Made by a program: the position numbers and the translations under genes. Positions 50,735 to 59,732 of a DNA stretch of 64,000 nucleotides are shown here, in pieces; the first letter of the stretch is position 1; every line of letters begins with the position of its first letter. The stretch comes from an uncultured Solirubrobacteraceae bacterium (GTDB lineage Bacteria; Actinomycetota; Thermoleophilia; Solirubrobacterales; Solirubrobacteraceae), in NCBI GenBank assembly GCA_963802905.1, contig CAWDKH010000008.1, forward strand, positions 360,064-424,063, written 5' to 3'. Below the pieces are notes generated by a model. It made no database searches. It saw nothing but the letters and a program-made list of their open reading frames with translations, and was not told the origin of the DNA.

Positions 50735-51523
50735 TTAGCGGGGGCCCGGTGCGGCGGCCTCTGCGACCGCGTCGAGCGCGGCGGCTTCGGGCTCGGCGAG
50801 CACGCGCGCGATCGTGAGGTCGAGCGCCGGCGCGTACGGCGCCAGCGCGTCGCGCACCCCCGCGGCGGCGGGCTCGGCGACACCGACGGTGCCGAGCGGC
50901 ACGTCGAGCGCGGCGAAGTGGGCGGCCTGGCCGGGGGTCAGCGTGCGGTAGCGACCCTCCATCGCGTCGAGCCGCTCCTGCGCGCCCGGTCCGACGGCCA
51001 CGCGCACGTAGGAGGCGACGACCGGCGCCTCGCGCCCCGCGTCCGCGGCGGCCTCGCGCACCCACTCGCGCGCCCGCGCGGCGCCGTCGGGCAGCATCCA
51101 GTTGAGGAGGACGCCATCGGCGATCTCGCCGCCGAGGCGACACAGGCGCGGCCGCATCGCGGCGATCACGATCCGCGTCGCGTCGGGAAGCAGGTCGCGG
51201 AGCTCGGCGACTGCGCGCCGCAGCGGCTCGATCTGCGTCGGCAGCGAGCCGGAGCCGACCCCGAGCCACAGCCGGGCGGGGTCGAGGCCGAGCCGCTCGA
51301 CGTCCGCAGCGATGCCGGCCGCCTCGTAGCGCTGGAGCGGCAGCACGCCGACGCCGAGCTCGAGCCCGGGCGCGCCTTCGGCGAAGTGCGCGAGCGTCTC
51401 GAGGCCGGGCGCGTCGGGGGCGTCGTTCGCCCACAGCGAGTGGTAGCCCAGCTCCTGGCAGCGGGCCGCGAGGTCGCGCGCCAGCCCGGGGTCGAGACCC
51501 GCGTCGATGCCCAGCGCGCGCAT
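50735..51523 (-). CDS. LLM-class (luciferase-like) oxidoreductase
   Basis: 262 aa. The pattern (LGYHSLWANDAP...LGVGVLPL...LWLGVGSG) is typical of the luciferase-like monooxygenase / F420-dependent family. Confidence 0.7.
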   Translation of the reverse strand: MRALGIDAGLDPGLARDLAARCQELGYHSLWANDAPDAPGLETLAHFAEGAPGLELGVGVLPLQRYEAAGIAADVERLGLDPARLWLGVGSGSLPTQIEPLRRAVAELRDLLPDATRIVIAAMRPRLCRLGGEIADGVLLNWMLPDGAARAREWVREAAADAGREAPVVASYVRVAVGPGAQERLDAMEGRYRTLTPGQAAHFAALDVPLGTVGVAEPAAAGVRDALAPYAPALDLTIARVLAEPEAAALDAVAEAAAPGPR

Positions 51524-51583
51524 GGGGAGAACCTACTTGTGACGCGAGCCGCGCGGCCCCGTAGGCCGACGGGATCCGGCAGG

Positions 51584-52132
51584 ATGCCGCGCGTGCAGAT
51601 CGAGCTGCCCGAGCGGCTGGAGGGCGACGACGTCCTGCTGCGCCGCCTGCGTCCCGACGACGCCGCCGCCTACGTGGCGGCGTTCCGCGCCGACCCCGAG
51701 CTCGGCCGGCTGCTCGGCATGGAGGAGGACCCCGACGAGGCGCGCATCCGCAAGCGCGCCAAGCGCCTGCCCGCGCTCGCCGCCGAGGGCCGCATCGTCG
51801 AGCTCGCGATCGGCGAGCCGTTCGCCGGCACGGTGATCCTCCACTCGATCGACGAGCACCACCGCCGCTGCGAGGTCGGCTTCTGGCTGGTTCCCGAGGC
51901 GCGCCGGCGCGGGCTCGGGTCGCGCGCGGTCGCGCTGGGTGTCACGTGGGCGTTCGAGACGCTCGACCTGCTGCGCGTCGAGATGACCACCACGCCGGAC
52001 AACGCGGCGGTGTTCGCGCTCGCCCGCCGGCTCGGGTTCACCCAGGAGGGAGTGCTGCGCAAGCGCAACGTCGAGCGCGGCCGGCGCGTCGACGTCGTCT
52101 GGTTCGGCGTGCTGCGCGAAGAATGGCGCTGA
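51584..52132 (+). CDS. GNAT family N-acetyltransferase
   Basis: RimJ/RimL-like pattern (LRRLRPDDAAAY...CEVGFWLVPEARRRGLGSRAV...LLRVEMTTTPDNAAVFALARRLGFTQEGVLR). Confidence 0.85.
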   Translation: MPRVQIELPERLEGDDVLLRRLRPDDAAAYVAAFRADPELGRLLGMEEDPDEARIRKRAKRLPALAAEGRIVELAIGEPFAGTVILHSIDEHHRRCEVGFWLVPEARRRGLGSRAVALGVTWAFETLDLLRVEMTTTPDNAAVFALARRLGFTQEGVLRKRNVERGRRVDVVWFGVLREEWR

Positions 52133-53105
52133 GCGCCTACGGGCAGCTGCTGCGGCTGCCCGGGGTGCCGCGGATGGCCGCGTCGGCCCTGGTGCTGGGG
52201 ATCGCGGGCACGATGGCGCCGGTGTCGTTCGTGCTCTTCGCCCACCGGGCGACCGGCTCGTTCGCCAGCGCCAGCCTCGTCCTCGCCGCCTCGACCGCTG
52301 GTGGCCTGCTCTGGCCCGCACCGAGCTGCGCCAGGCGGGCTACGCACTGATCGGCGTGCTGCAAGAGGTCGCGTTCATCGGCGGCCCGCTCGTCGCCGGC
52401 GGCGTCATCGCGCTGTGGTCCACGACCGCTGCCGTCGCGGTGACCGCCGCGCTCAGCCTCGTCGGCGGGCTCGCGTTCGCGACCGCGCCGATCACCCGCC
52501 GCCGCGCGCCCCAGGGCCCGCAGCCCCGCGACCGGCTCGCCACCACCCCGGGGATGCTGACCGTGCTGATCAGCGCCGGAGCCTTCGGCGCGACGTTCGG
52601 CGCGCTCGACGTCGCGTTCCCCGCCTTCGCGCGCGACCACGGCTCGGCTGCCGCCGCGGGAGTGCTGCTCGCCGCGCTCGCGGCCGGGATCGGCACCGGC
52701 AGCTTCCTGATGGGCCTGCGCCCGCCTGCGCGCTCGGCGGGTCGCCGCTACGCGCCGCTGTGCGGGCTCGCGGCCGTCGGGCTGCTGCCGCTCATCACCA
52801 CGCCCGGGCTCGGCGCGATGATCGCGCTCGCCGTCCTCGCTGGGCTCTGCTTCGCGCCGGTCACCACGACCCAGATCGGCGTGCTCGACGAGGTCGCCCC
52901 GCCCGAGCGCCCAGCCGAGGCGTTCGCGTGGCTGGCGATCCTCTACGGCGCGGGCTCGGCGGCCGGCGCCGCGCTGGGCGGGCAGCTCGTTGAGGCGAGC
53001 GGCCCGCGCGCCGCGATCGTCGCCGCGTGCGCGGCGACCGTGGTCGCGTGGCTGGTCACCACCGCGCGGGCGAAGACGCTCAGCGAGCCGCGAGTCCGGC
53101 CTTGA
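52123..53105 (+). pseudogene. MFS transporter with an apparent internal deletion and frame change
   Basis: An N-terminal ~62 aa (MALSAYGQLLRLPGVPRMAASALVLGIAGTMAPVSF...AASTAGGLL) in one frame joins at about 52300-52320 to WPALARTELRQAGYALIGVLQEVAFIGGPL... in another frame. In related MFS proteins these two segments are separated by about 60 further residues (TM2-TM4). Confidence 0.55.
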
Positions 53106-54129
53106 GCTGGTCGATCGGCTCGATGCCGATCGGGTCCGCCCCGCGGAGCACGGCGGCGTAGAGCGACACGAGGTCCCCGAGCGCGACGTGCGAGACGAGC
53201 CGCTGGACGCGCGTCTCGCCGCGCGGCGCGACACGCTCGACGTGCGCCGCCTCGCCACCGACGATCTCGGCCGTCAGCTCGATCCGCGCCGCGAGCCGCT
53301 CGCCGGCGTCGGGGTCCTCGAGGAACACCGCAGCGAAGCGCCCGAACGACGCCGCGTCCTCCCAGCCGACGATCTCGTTGTGGCCGGCCTCCGGCAGCTC
53401 GGCCGCGAATGCCGGGACCTTGGCGTTTTCATTGAGCTGACACTTCCAGCGATAAGCCGCCGCCGCGCCGATGCCCGGACCGCAGATCACCGGGATCGTC
53501 TCGTGCAGTGCGCGGGCGATCCGCTTGGCGTCGCCGTCCTCGTCACCGTCGGGGCCCCACTCGGCGGCGAGCTCGCGAGCGAACGGCACCGCCGCCTCGA
53601 TCTCGGCGCGCAGCGACGGCGCGCAGCCGGCCACGGCGGCGACCTCGAGCGCGACGACGAACGAGTAGCCGACCGCCGCTCGCGGCTGGAAGCCGCCGGG
53701 CAGCGGGATCACCGGCACCTTGTCGCGGCGGGCGCGCGCTGGGAGCTCGCCCCCGCTCGAGCAGACGACGCGCGGCGCACCGGCCTCGCCGGCCGCGTCG
53801 TAGGCCGCCAGCGTCTCCTCGGTGCTGCCCGAGTAGCTCGAGCACAGCACCAGCGTCTCCGGCCCGGTCCAGCGCGGCAGCTCAGGCCCGCGCGCGAGCT
53901 CCAGCGGCCGCGCGAGCTGCGGCCACAGCGCCGCGCGCGCCAGCGCACCGCCGACGCCCGAGCCGCCCATCCCGGCGAGCACGAGCCCGCCCGACGTGCC
54001 GGCCGGTTGCAGCGACGCCGCCTCGACGCGCCACAGCGCGTCCTCCAAGTGGTCGGGCAGACCGAGGATGTCTGCCGCCTGGCCCGTCGAGTCGACTGCA
54101 GCCACCGCGGCGCGGTCGAGCGAGGCCAT
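53080..54129 (-). CDS. bifunctional phosphoglucose/phosphomannose isomerase (SIS domain)
   Basis: SIS pattern (LAGMGGSGVGG...LCSSYSGSTEET) plus a bacterial PGI/PMI C-terminal domain (YRWKCQLNENAK...HNEIVGW). Confidence 0.8.
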   Translation of the reverse strand: MASLDRAAVAAVDSTGQAADILGLPDHLEDALWRVEAASLQPAGTSGGLVLAGMGGSGVGGALARAALWPQLARPLELARGPELPRWTGPETLVLCSSYSGSTEETLAAYDAAGEAGAPRVVCSSGGELPARARRDKVPVIPLPGGFQPRAAVGYSFVVALEVAAVAGCAPSLRAEIEAAVPFARELAAEWGPDGDEDGDAKRIARALHETIPVICGPGIGAAAAYRWKCQLNENAKVPAFAAELPEAGHNEIVGWEDAASFGRFAAVFLEDPDAGERLAARIELTAEIVGGEAAHVERVAPRGETRVQRLVSHVALGDLVSLYAAVLRGADPIGIEPIDQLKAGLAAR

Positions 54130-55229
54130 CAGAATCTGATGGCGCCGTCCGGGAGCTCGACGCCCGGGAAGATCCTCGCCCCGTTGGCGATCACGTTGTC
54201 GGCGCCGATCGTGACGCCCTCGCCGAGCACCGACAGGCCGGTGACGTGCGTGTTGTCGCCGATCCGCACGCCGCCGCCGACGATGCACTCGCTGAGCGTG
54301 CAGTTCGCACCGATCTCCGCGCCGCGCATCACGACGGCGCGCTCGAGCGTCGTGTTCGCGCCGACCGTGACGCCGGACTCGAGCACGACGCGACCGCCCA
54401 CCCGGGCGCCGTCGGCGATCCGGCAGCCGCTCTCGACGAGCGCGGACGGGATGATCCGCCCCTCACTCTCGACCGACTGCTCGACCACGAGGTAGCTGTC
54501 GCCGGCGCGCTCCGCGAACGTGGTCCCGACCGTGCCCTCGAGGATGTCGAAGGTCGCCTCGAGGTAGCGCTCGGGCGTCCCGATGTCGAGCCAGTAGTTC
54601 TCGCTCACGCAGCCGTAGAGGCCGCTGCCGACGAGCTGCGGGAAGACGTCGCGCTCGATCGAGGCGGGTTGGTCGGCCACCAGCATGTCGAGCACCGAGC
54701 GCTCGAGCACGTACGCGCCGGCCGAGATGTTGCGCGTGTCGATCTGGTCGTAGGAGGGCTTCTCGACGAACTCGGTGACCGCGCCATCGTCGGCCTGGCG
54801 GACGAGGCCGTAGTTCGTCGGGTCGTCGACCGGCGTCAGTGCCAGCGTGGCCGTCGCGCCCGTCCGCTCGTGCTGCGCGATCTGGGCCGTGAGGTCGATG
54901 TCGGTGAGGACGTCGCCGTTGAGCATCAGGAAGCGGTCGTCGAGCAGCGACTCGGCGTACTTGAGCGCGCCGCCGGTGCCGAGCGGCGTCGGCTCCTCGA
55001 CGTAGCGCAGCTTGACGCCGAAGGCGCTGCCGTCGCCGAGCACGTTGCGCACGCCGGAGGCCATGTGCCCGCAGGAGATGACGATGTCGTCGACGCCGTG
55101 CGTGCGCAGCCAGTCGAGCATGAAGGCGATGAACGGCCGGTCGACCAGCGGGACGACCGGCTTGGGAACCGTTGTGGTCAGCGGGCGCAGGCGCGTGCCT
55201 TCGCCGCCCGCCAGGATCAGCGCTTGCAT
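54129..55229 (-). CDS. mannose-1-phosphate guanylyltransferase / NDP-sugar pyrophosphorylase
   Basis: MQALILAGGEGTRLRPLTTTVPKP..., with C-terminal left-handed beta-helix repeats. Confidence 0.85.
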   Translation of the reverse strand: MQALILAGGEGTRLRPLTTTVPKPVVPLVDRPFIAFMLDWLRTHGVDDIVISCGHMASGVRNVLGDGSAFGVKLRYVEEPTPLGTGGALKYAESLLDDRFLMLNGDVLTDIDLTAQIAQHERTGATATLALTPVDDPTNYGLVRQADDGAVTEFVEKPSYDQIDTRNISAGAYVLERSVLDMLVADQPASIERDVFPQLVGSGLYGCVSENYWLDIGTPERYLEATFDILEGTVGTTFAERAGDSYLVVEQSVESEGRIIPSALVESGCRIADGARVGGRVVLESGVTVGANTTLERAVVMRGAEIGANCTLSECIVGGGVRIGDNTHVTGLSVLGEGVTIGADNVIANGARIFPGVELPDGAIRF

Positions 55230-56572
55230 CAGACTGCGGCCCCTGCGACCGGCGTGCGGCCCGCGACGCTCGGCCGGCCGACGCCCTCGTAGGCGAGTCC
55301 GGCCGCGCTCGCGGCGTCCGGGTCGAGGAAGTTACGGCCGTCGACCAGCAGCGTCCCGCGCATGCTGTCGGCCACCGCGCGCAGGTCGAGGTCGCGGAAC
55401 TCGGGCCACTCGGTGACGAGCACCACGGCGTCGGCGCCCTCGACGGCCGCCTCGGCCGATGCGGCGAACTCGACGCCCTGCAGGTACTTGCGCGCCTCGT
55501 GCTCGGCGACCGGGTCATAGGCGCGGACCTTCGAGCCCGCCGCCTGCAGCCGCGCGGAGAGCACGAGCGAGGAGGCCTCGCGCATGTCGTCCGTGTTCGG
55601 CTTGAAGGCCAGGCCGAGCAGCGCGATCTCCTTGCCCACCAGCGAGCCCAGGTGCTTCTGCAGCTTCGACATCACGCGCCGCTTCTGCAGCTCGTTGACC
55701 TCGATCACCGCGTTGAGGAGCTGGAAGTGGTAGCCCGAGTTGCCCGCCAGCTGCTTGAGCGCGGACACGTCCTTCGGGAAGCACGAGCCGCCGAAGCCGA
55801 TCCCGGCCTGCAGGAACTTCGGCCCGATGCGGTCGTCGAGGCCCATGCCGCGGGCCACCTCGACCACGTCGGCGCCGGTCTCCTCGCAGACGTTGGCGAT
55901 CTCGTTGATGAACGAGATCTTCGTGGCCAGGAACGCGTTGGAGGCGAGCTTGACCATCTCGGCGCTTTTGATGTCCGTGCGCACGACCGGCGTGTCGAGC
56001 GGCGAGTAGAGCTCTGCGACCGCGTCGCCCGCCCAGTCGCCGTCGTCGCCGATGACGACGCGGTCGGGCTCGAGGAAGTCCTTGACCGCCGAGCCCTCCT
56101 TGAGGAACTCGGGGCAGGAGACGTAGCGGAAGCCCTCCTTGCCCTGCTCGCGGAACGCACGCTTGATGTGGTCGCCGGTGCCACACGGCACGGTCGACTT
56201 CATGACCAGCGCGTGGCGGTCGGACGCGGGCATCGCGTCGACGACGGCGTGGACGGCGGAGAGGTCGGCGTCGCCCGAGTAGGTCGGCGGCGTACCGACG
56301 GCGACGAACAGCAGGCGAGCATGCTCGAGCGCGTCCGCGAGGTTCGTGGAGAAGTGCAGGCGGTCGCGGTGGCGCGTGACGAGGTCCTCGAGGCCCGGCT
56401 CCCAGATCGGGATGCGGCCCTGCTTGAGGCCTTCGATCTTGTCCGCGTCGATGTCGATGCAGTAGACGTCGGAGCCCAGCTCCGCGAAGCCCGCCGCGGT
56501 GACGAGGCCGACGTACCCCGTGCCGATGACGCCGATCGGCTCGCGTGCGTTCGTGCTCATTGGACGGATCAC
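55229..56572 (-). CDS. UDP-glucose/GDP-mannose 6-dehydrogenase family protein
   Basis: IGVIGTGYVGLVTAAGFAELG, catalytic GFGGSCFPKD, and the C-terminal UDP-binding domain. Confidence 0.9.
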   Translation of the reverse strand: MIRPMSTNAREPIGVIGTGYVGLVTAAGFAELGSDVYCIDIDADKIEGLKQGRIPIWEPGLEDLVTRHRDRLHFSTNLADALEHARLLFVAVGTPPTYSGDADLSAVHAVVDAMPASDRHALVMKSTVPCGTGDHIKRAFREQGKEGFRYVSCPEFLKEGSAVKDFLEPDRVVIGDDGDWAGDAVAELYSPLDTPVVRTDIKSAEMVKLASNAFLATKISFINEIANVCEETGADVVEVARGMGLDDRIGPKFLQAGIGFGGSCFPKDVSALKQLAGNSGYHFQLLNAVIEVNELQKRRVMSKLQKHLGSLVGKEIALLGLAFKPNTDDMREASSLVLSARLQAAGSKVRAYDPVAEHEARKYLQGVEFAASAEAAVEGADAVVLVTEWPEFRDLDLRAVADSMRGTLLVDGRNFLDPDAASAAGLAYEGVGRPSVAGRTPVAGAAV

Positions 56573-56599
56573 CCTAGCGAGCGCGTGCCGTCGAACGGC

Positions 56600-58114
56600 C
56601 TACTTCTGGCCCAATCGCTTCAGCGAGGCGGCGATGCCGATCATCTGCCGCGTACTCAGCGACTGGGTGAGCGTGTTGGACACCCAGTAGACCGCGCGCT
56701 TCGTCCGCCAGGCGACGAGCCGCAGGCGGCGGCCGTCGTAGTGGAGCTCGAGCTTGCGGCCGTTGACCTTGCGGGTCTCCGACGGGTCGTCGAGGATCGG
56801 CGGCTCGCGCCAGGTCGTGCCCTGGATGCCGTAGTACTCGCCGACGACGCCCTTGGACACCACGAGCCGGTAGGCGCGGTGCTTCCGGCCGCGCTCGTCC
56901 TCGATGCGGTAGATCCGCGGCTCCGTGCCGGCGTAGCGCGAGCCGCTGACGCGCAGCGTCGGGAAGTAGAAGGGGAACTTCGCGCGGCGGGCGCCGACGA
57001 TCGCCTGGTCCTCGCCCTCGCGGCGCGCGATCTCGAGCCCGGGCACGTTGGAGGAGCGGTTGTTGTTCTTGCGTGCGGACGCCGACTTGCGGTCGGCGTC
57101 GGAGGCGCGCGACGTGGTGCGCGGCTTCTTCGACGCCTGGGCGTTGAGGAACTCGCTGGCGGTCGCGTCGAGCTTGTCCTGCGTGGCGCTGAGGTAGACC
57201 GGGTCGTCGTCGAGGTTGACCCGGAAGCGCACCTCGCGGACCGGCTTGCGGCCGGTGAAGAGCACGAGCTTGAGCAGCGAGAAGACGTCCTTCTTGCGCC
57301 GCAGGTTCTTGTCGGTGTCGGTGTAGCGGGCGAACAGCCGCGCCAGCTGGCGGCGGCGCCGGTAGTCGAGCAGCCTGCGCGCGCCGGCCGCGTTTCGGAG
57401 CTGGCGCAGGAAGTCCTGCTGGCGCGCGGCGCGCACGAGGTCGTTGTCGCCGTGCCGATAGCGCACATAGTCGAGCGCGTCCTGGCCCTTGAGCTTCTGG
57501 TAGCCCGGGTTGACGTCGATCGTGGCGAAGCGCTCGCCGCCCGAGTTGTCGTTGAAGTAGTCGCGGTCGATGTCGACGTAGACGCCGCCGATGTAGTTGA
57601 CGACCTTGCGGAACCCGCCGAAGTTCACGTTGACGATGTGGTTGATCTTGAACGGCTGACCGGGCTTGGCGAACAGCTTCTTGACGGTCTTGACCGTCAG
57701 CCGCGGGCCGCCGAGCTCGTAGGCGGCGTTGATCTTGTCGGTGCCGTAGCCGGGGATCTGGACCTTGAGGTCGCGCGGAACGGACATGACCGCGGTCGCC
57801 TCCTTGTCCGGGTCGAGGCGGACGAGGATGATCGTGTCCGAGCGCGGCTTGAGCCCGGCCTTCTTGTCCCCGTAGCGCTGGTCGGAGCCGAGCACCATCA
57901 GCGTCTGCGCCTCGCCGGCCTCCGCGCGGTCGATCTCGGGGATGTTGATCGGCGCGCGGCCCTCCTTCTCGATCGTGTTGATGATCGTGTCGGCCTGGAG
58001 GAAGCCGGCGGCCGAGACGCTGCCCGCGGCGAGCAGGACGATCACGAGACCGCACAGCGCGCCGCGCCTGATCAGGCTGCGGCCGACGTTCGGAGCTTTC
58101 TCCTCCGGTGTCAC
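56600..58114 (-). CDS. LCP (LytR-CpsA-Psr) family cell-envelope phosphotransferase
   Basis: N-terminal TM, LCP core (SDTIILVRLDPDKEATAVMSVPRDL...KINAAYELGG), and a C-terminal LytR_C-like extension. Confidence 0.85.
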   Translation of the reverse strand: MTPEEKAPNVGRSLIRRGALCGLVIVLLAAGSVSAAGFLQADTIINTIEKEGRAPINIPEIDRAEAGEAQTLMVLGSDQRYGDKKAGLKPRSDTIILVRLDPDKEATAVMSVPRDLKVQIPGYGTDKINAAYELGGPRLTVKTVKKLFAKPGQPFKINHIVNVNFGGFRKVVNYIGGVYVDIDRDYFNDNSGGERFATIDVNPGYQKLKGQDALDYVRYRHGDNDLVRAARQQDFLRQLRNAAGARRLLDYRRRRQLARLFARYTDTDKNLRRKKDVFSLLKLVLFTGRKPVREVRFRVNLDDDPVYLSATQDKLDATASEFLNAQASKKPRTTSRASDADRKSASARKNNNRSSNVPGLEIARREGEDQAIVGARRAKFPFYFPTLRVSGSRYAGTEPRIYRIEDERGRKHRAYRLVVSKGVVGEYYGIQGTTWREPPILDDPSETRKVNGRKLELHYDGRRLRLVAWRTKRAVYWVSNTLTQSLSTRQMIGIAASLKRLGQK

Positions 58115-59244
58115 GCCAGGCCACCGTCGACGGCGCGCAGCGAGCCGGGCGTCTCCTCAGGCGGGCGCTCGAGGCTGTCGGGGAGGCTGAGGATGAAGTC
58201 GCCGATCGCGCGGCGGTAGCGCGACAGCGAGGCGACCGAGACCCACTCGTCGGGACCGTGGTGGCCCGCGCCCGAGGGGCCGAACTCGACGGCCGGGACG
58301 CCGGCCTCGAGGAACGAGCCGGCGTCGGAGGCGCCGTCGCGGCCGACGCTGAGCGACTCGCCGCTGGTCAGCCGAGCCGCCACGTCGCAGAGGGCCATCA
58401 CGTACGGGTTTTCACGCGACACGTAGGCCGGCTTGCGGATGAAGGTCTTGGGGATCTCGATGTCGGGGATCCCCCGGACCTGCTCGAGGATGTCACCGGG
58501 ATCCTGGTTCGGCAGGTAGCGGATGTCGACGACCATGGTGCACTCGTCTGGGACTTTGTTGAGCGCGTCCCCGCCGTTGATCCGGCCGAGGTTGATCGAC
58601 GGCCGGTCGAACAGCTCCGAGGACTCGCGTGAGAACGGCAAGGTCTCGATTCGGCGGAAGACGTCGATGGCCTTCAGCACCGCGTTGTCGCCGAGCCACG
58701 GCGTCGAGCCGTGGGCGGCGCGGCCGCGCACGACGATCCGGCACGCGAGCACGCCCTTGGCCTGCACGCCGACGTGGAGCCCGGTCGGCTCGCCGGTGAT
58801 CGCGAAGTCGCCGACGAAGCCCTGGCGCACCATCTCGTCCGTGGAGCGGGTGTCGATGTCCTCCGACTCCTCGTCGGGAGCGCACAGGAAGCGCACCCGG
58901 ACGCGCGCGTCGGCGGCGACGTCGTGCAGCGCGCACATCATCGCGGCGAGCGCGCCCTTCATGTCGTAGGCGCCGCGACCGATCAGGCGATCGCCCTCCA
59001 GGCGAGGGCGGAACTGCTCCGCCCGGCCGGGCACGACGTCGACGTGGCCATGGAGGACGACGGTCGGCGCGCCGCGCGGCCCGATGGCGGCCGTCAGGAC
59101 CGGCAGGCCGTTGAAATCGTGGTCCTCGACGTCGATCTCGCGCGCCTCGAGCCAGCCCTTGACGAAGCCCGCAGCGGCGCGCAATCCGTCGATGCTCGAG
59201 GTGTCATAGGTGATCAGGCGCTCGGCCAGGGCGCGTTCGTCCAC
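58111..59244 (-). CDS. M20 family metallopeptidase (ArgE/DapE-like)
   Basis: LHGHVDVVP...GRGAYDMKG...DEESE... are M20 metal-ligand motifs. Confidence 0.85.
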   Translation of the reverse strand: MDERALAERLITYDTSSIDGLRAAAGFVKGWLEAREIDVEDHDFNGLPVLTAAIGPRGAPTVVLHGHVDVVPGRAEQFRPRLEGDRLIGRGAYDMKGALAAMMCALHDVAADARVRVRFLCAPDEESEDIDTRSTDEMVRQGFVGDFAITGEPTGLHVGVQAKGVLACRIVVRGRAAHGSTPWLGDNAVLKAIDVFRRIETLPFSRESSELFDRPSINLGRINGGDALNKVPDECTMVVDIRYLPNQDPGDILEQVRGIPDIEIPKTFIRKPAYVSRENPYVMALCDVAARLTSGESLSVGRDGASDAGSFLEAGVPAVEFGPSGAGHHGPDEWVSVASLSRYRRAIGDFILSLPDSLERPPEETPGSLRAVDGGLA

Positions 59245-59270
59245 CCGCCCCAGAGTATCGGCGGCGCCTG

Positions 59271-59732
59271 TCAGGCCGTCGGATCGGGCAGGCAGGGCGT
59301 CCCGCCGGAGACGACGGCCTCGCCGCGCTTGGGGAACAGCTGGAGCGCGAACGTCCAGCCGGGATCGGCGGTCGCGAACACCGCCGGGAAGGCGCCGCCG
59401 CGGCTCATCACGCGGACGTGGCGGCCGCGCCGGCGCCAGAACGCCTTCGCCCGATCGAGGTACTCCTCGCCGTCACCGTGGAACTTCAGGTGAATGCGGT
59501 AGCCGCTGGTCACGTCGTGGCGCGCCCCGTCGTCGCAGCGGACCGGCGGGACGCGCTCGCCCGGCTCGGCCGGCATGCCGAGGTGGTCGACGACCGCCTC
59601 CAGCTCCGCCTGCAGCGAGGTCTCGGCGCGCGTGAGCTTCGAGGCACCGGGGGCGGCGCGCTGCGCCTCTCCGCAGCCGGCGGCGAGCGCGACCCACGCG
59701 AGGCCGAGCGCCACGTGCCTAGAAGACGCCAT
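59271..59732 (-). CDS. lipoprotein (hypothetical)
   Basis: Lipobox LAAGC in MASSRHVALGLAWVALAAGCGE. I recognise no family. Overlaps the upstream gene end by 14 nt. Confidence 0.55.
   Translation of the reverse strand: MASSRHVALGLAWVALAAGCGEAQRAAPGASKLTRAETSLQAELEAVVDHLGMPAEPGERVPPVRCDDGARHDVTSGYRIHLKFHGDGEEYLDRAKAFWRRRGRHVRVMSRGGAFPAVFATADPGWTFALQLFPKRGEAVVSGGTPCLPDPTA

Noticed and set aside
55172-58219. 1015-aa plus-strand ORF, plus other long antisense ORFs (e.g. 22..1125, 8839..10800, 19000..21327, 22924..25152, 48700..50883, 59510..61621)
   Set aside because: All lie antisense or out of frame to genes with clear family matches. Their translations are Arg/Pro/Ala/Gly-rich without recognisable motifs.
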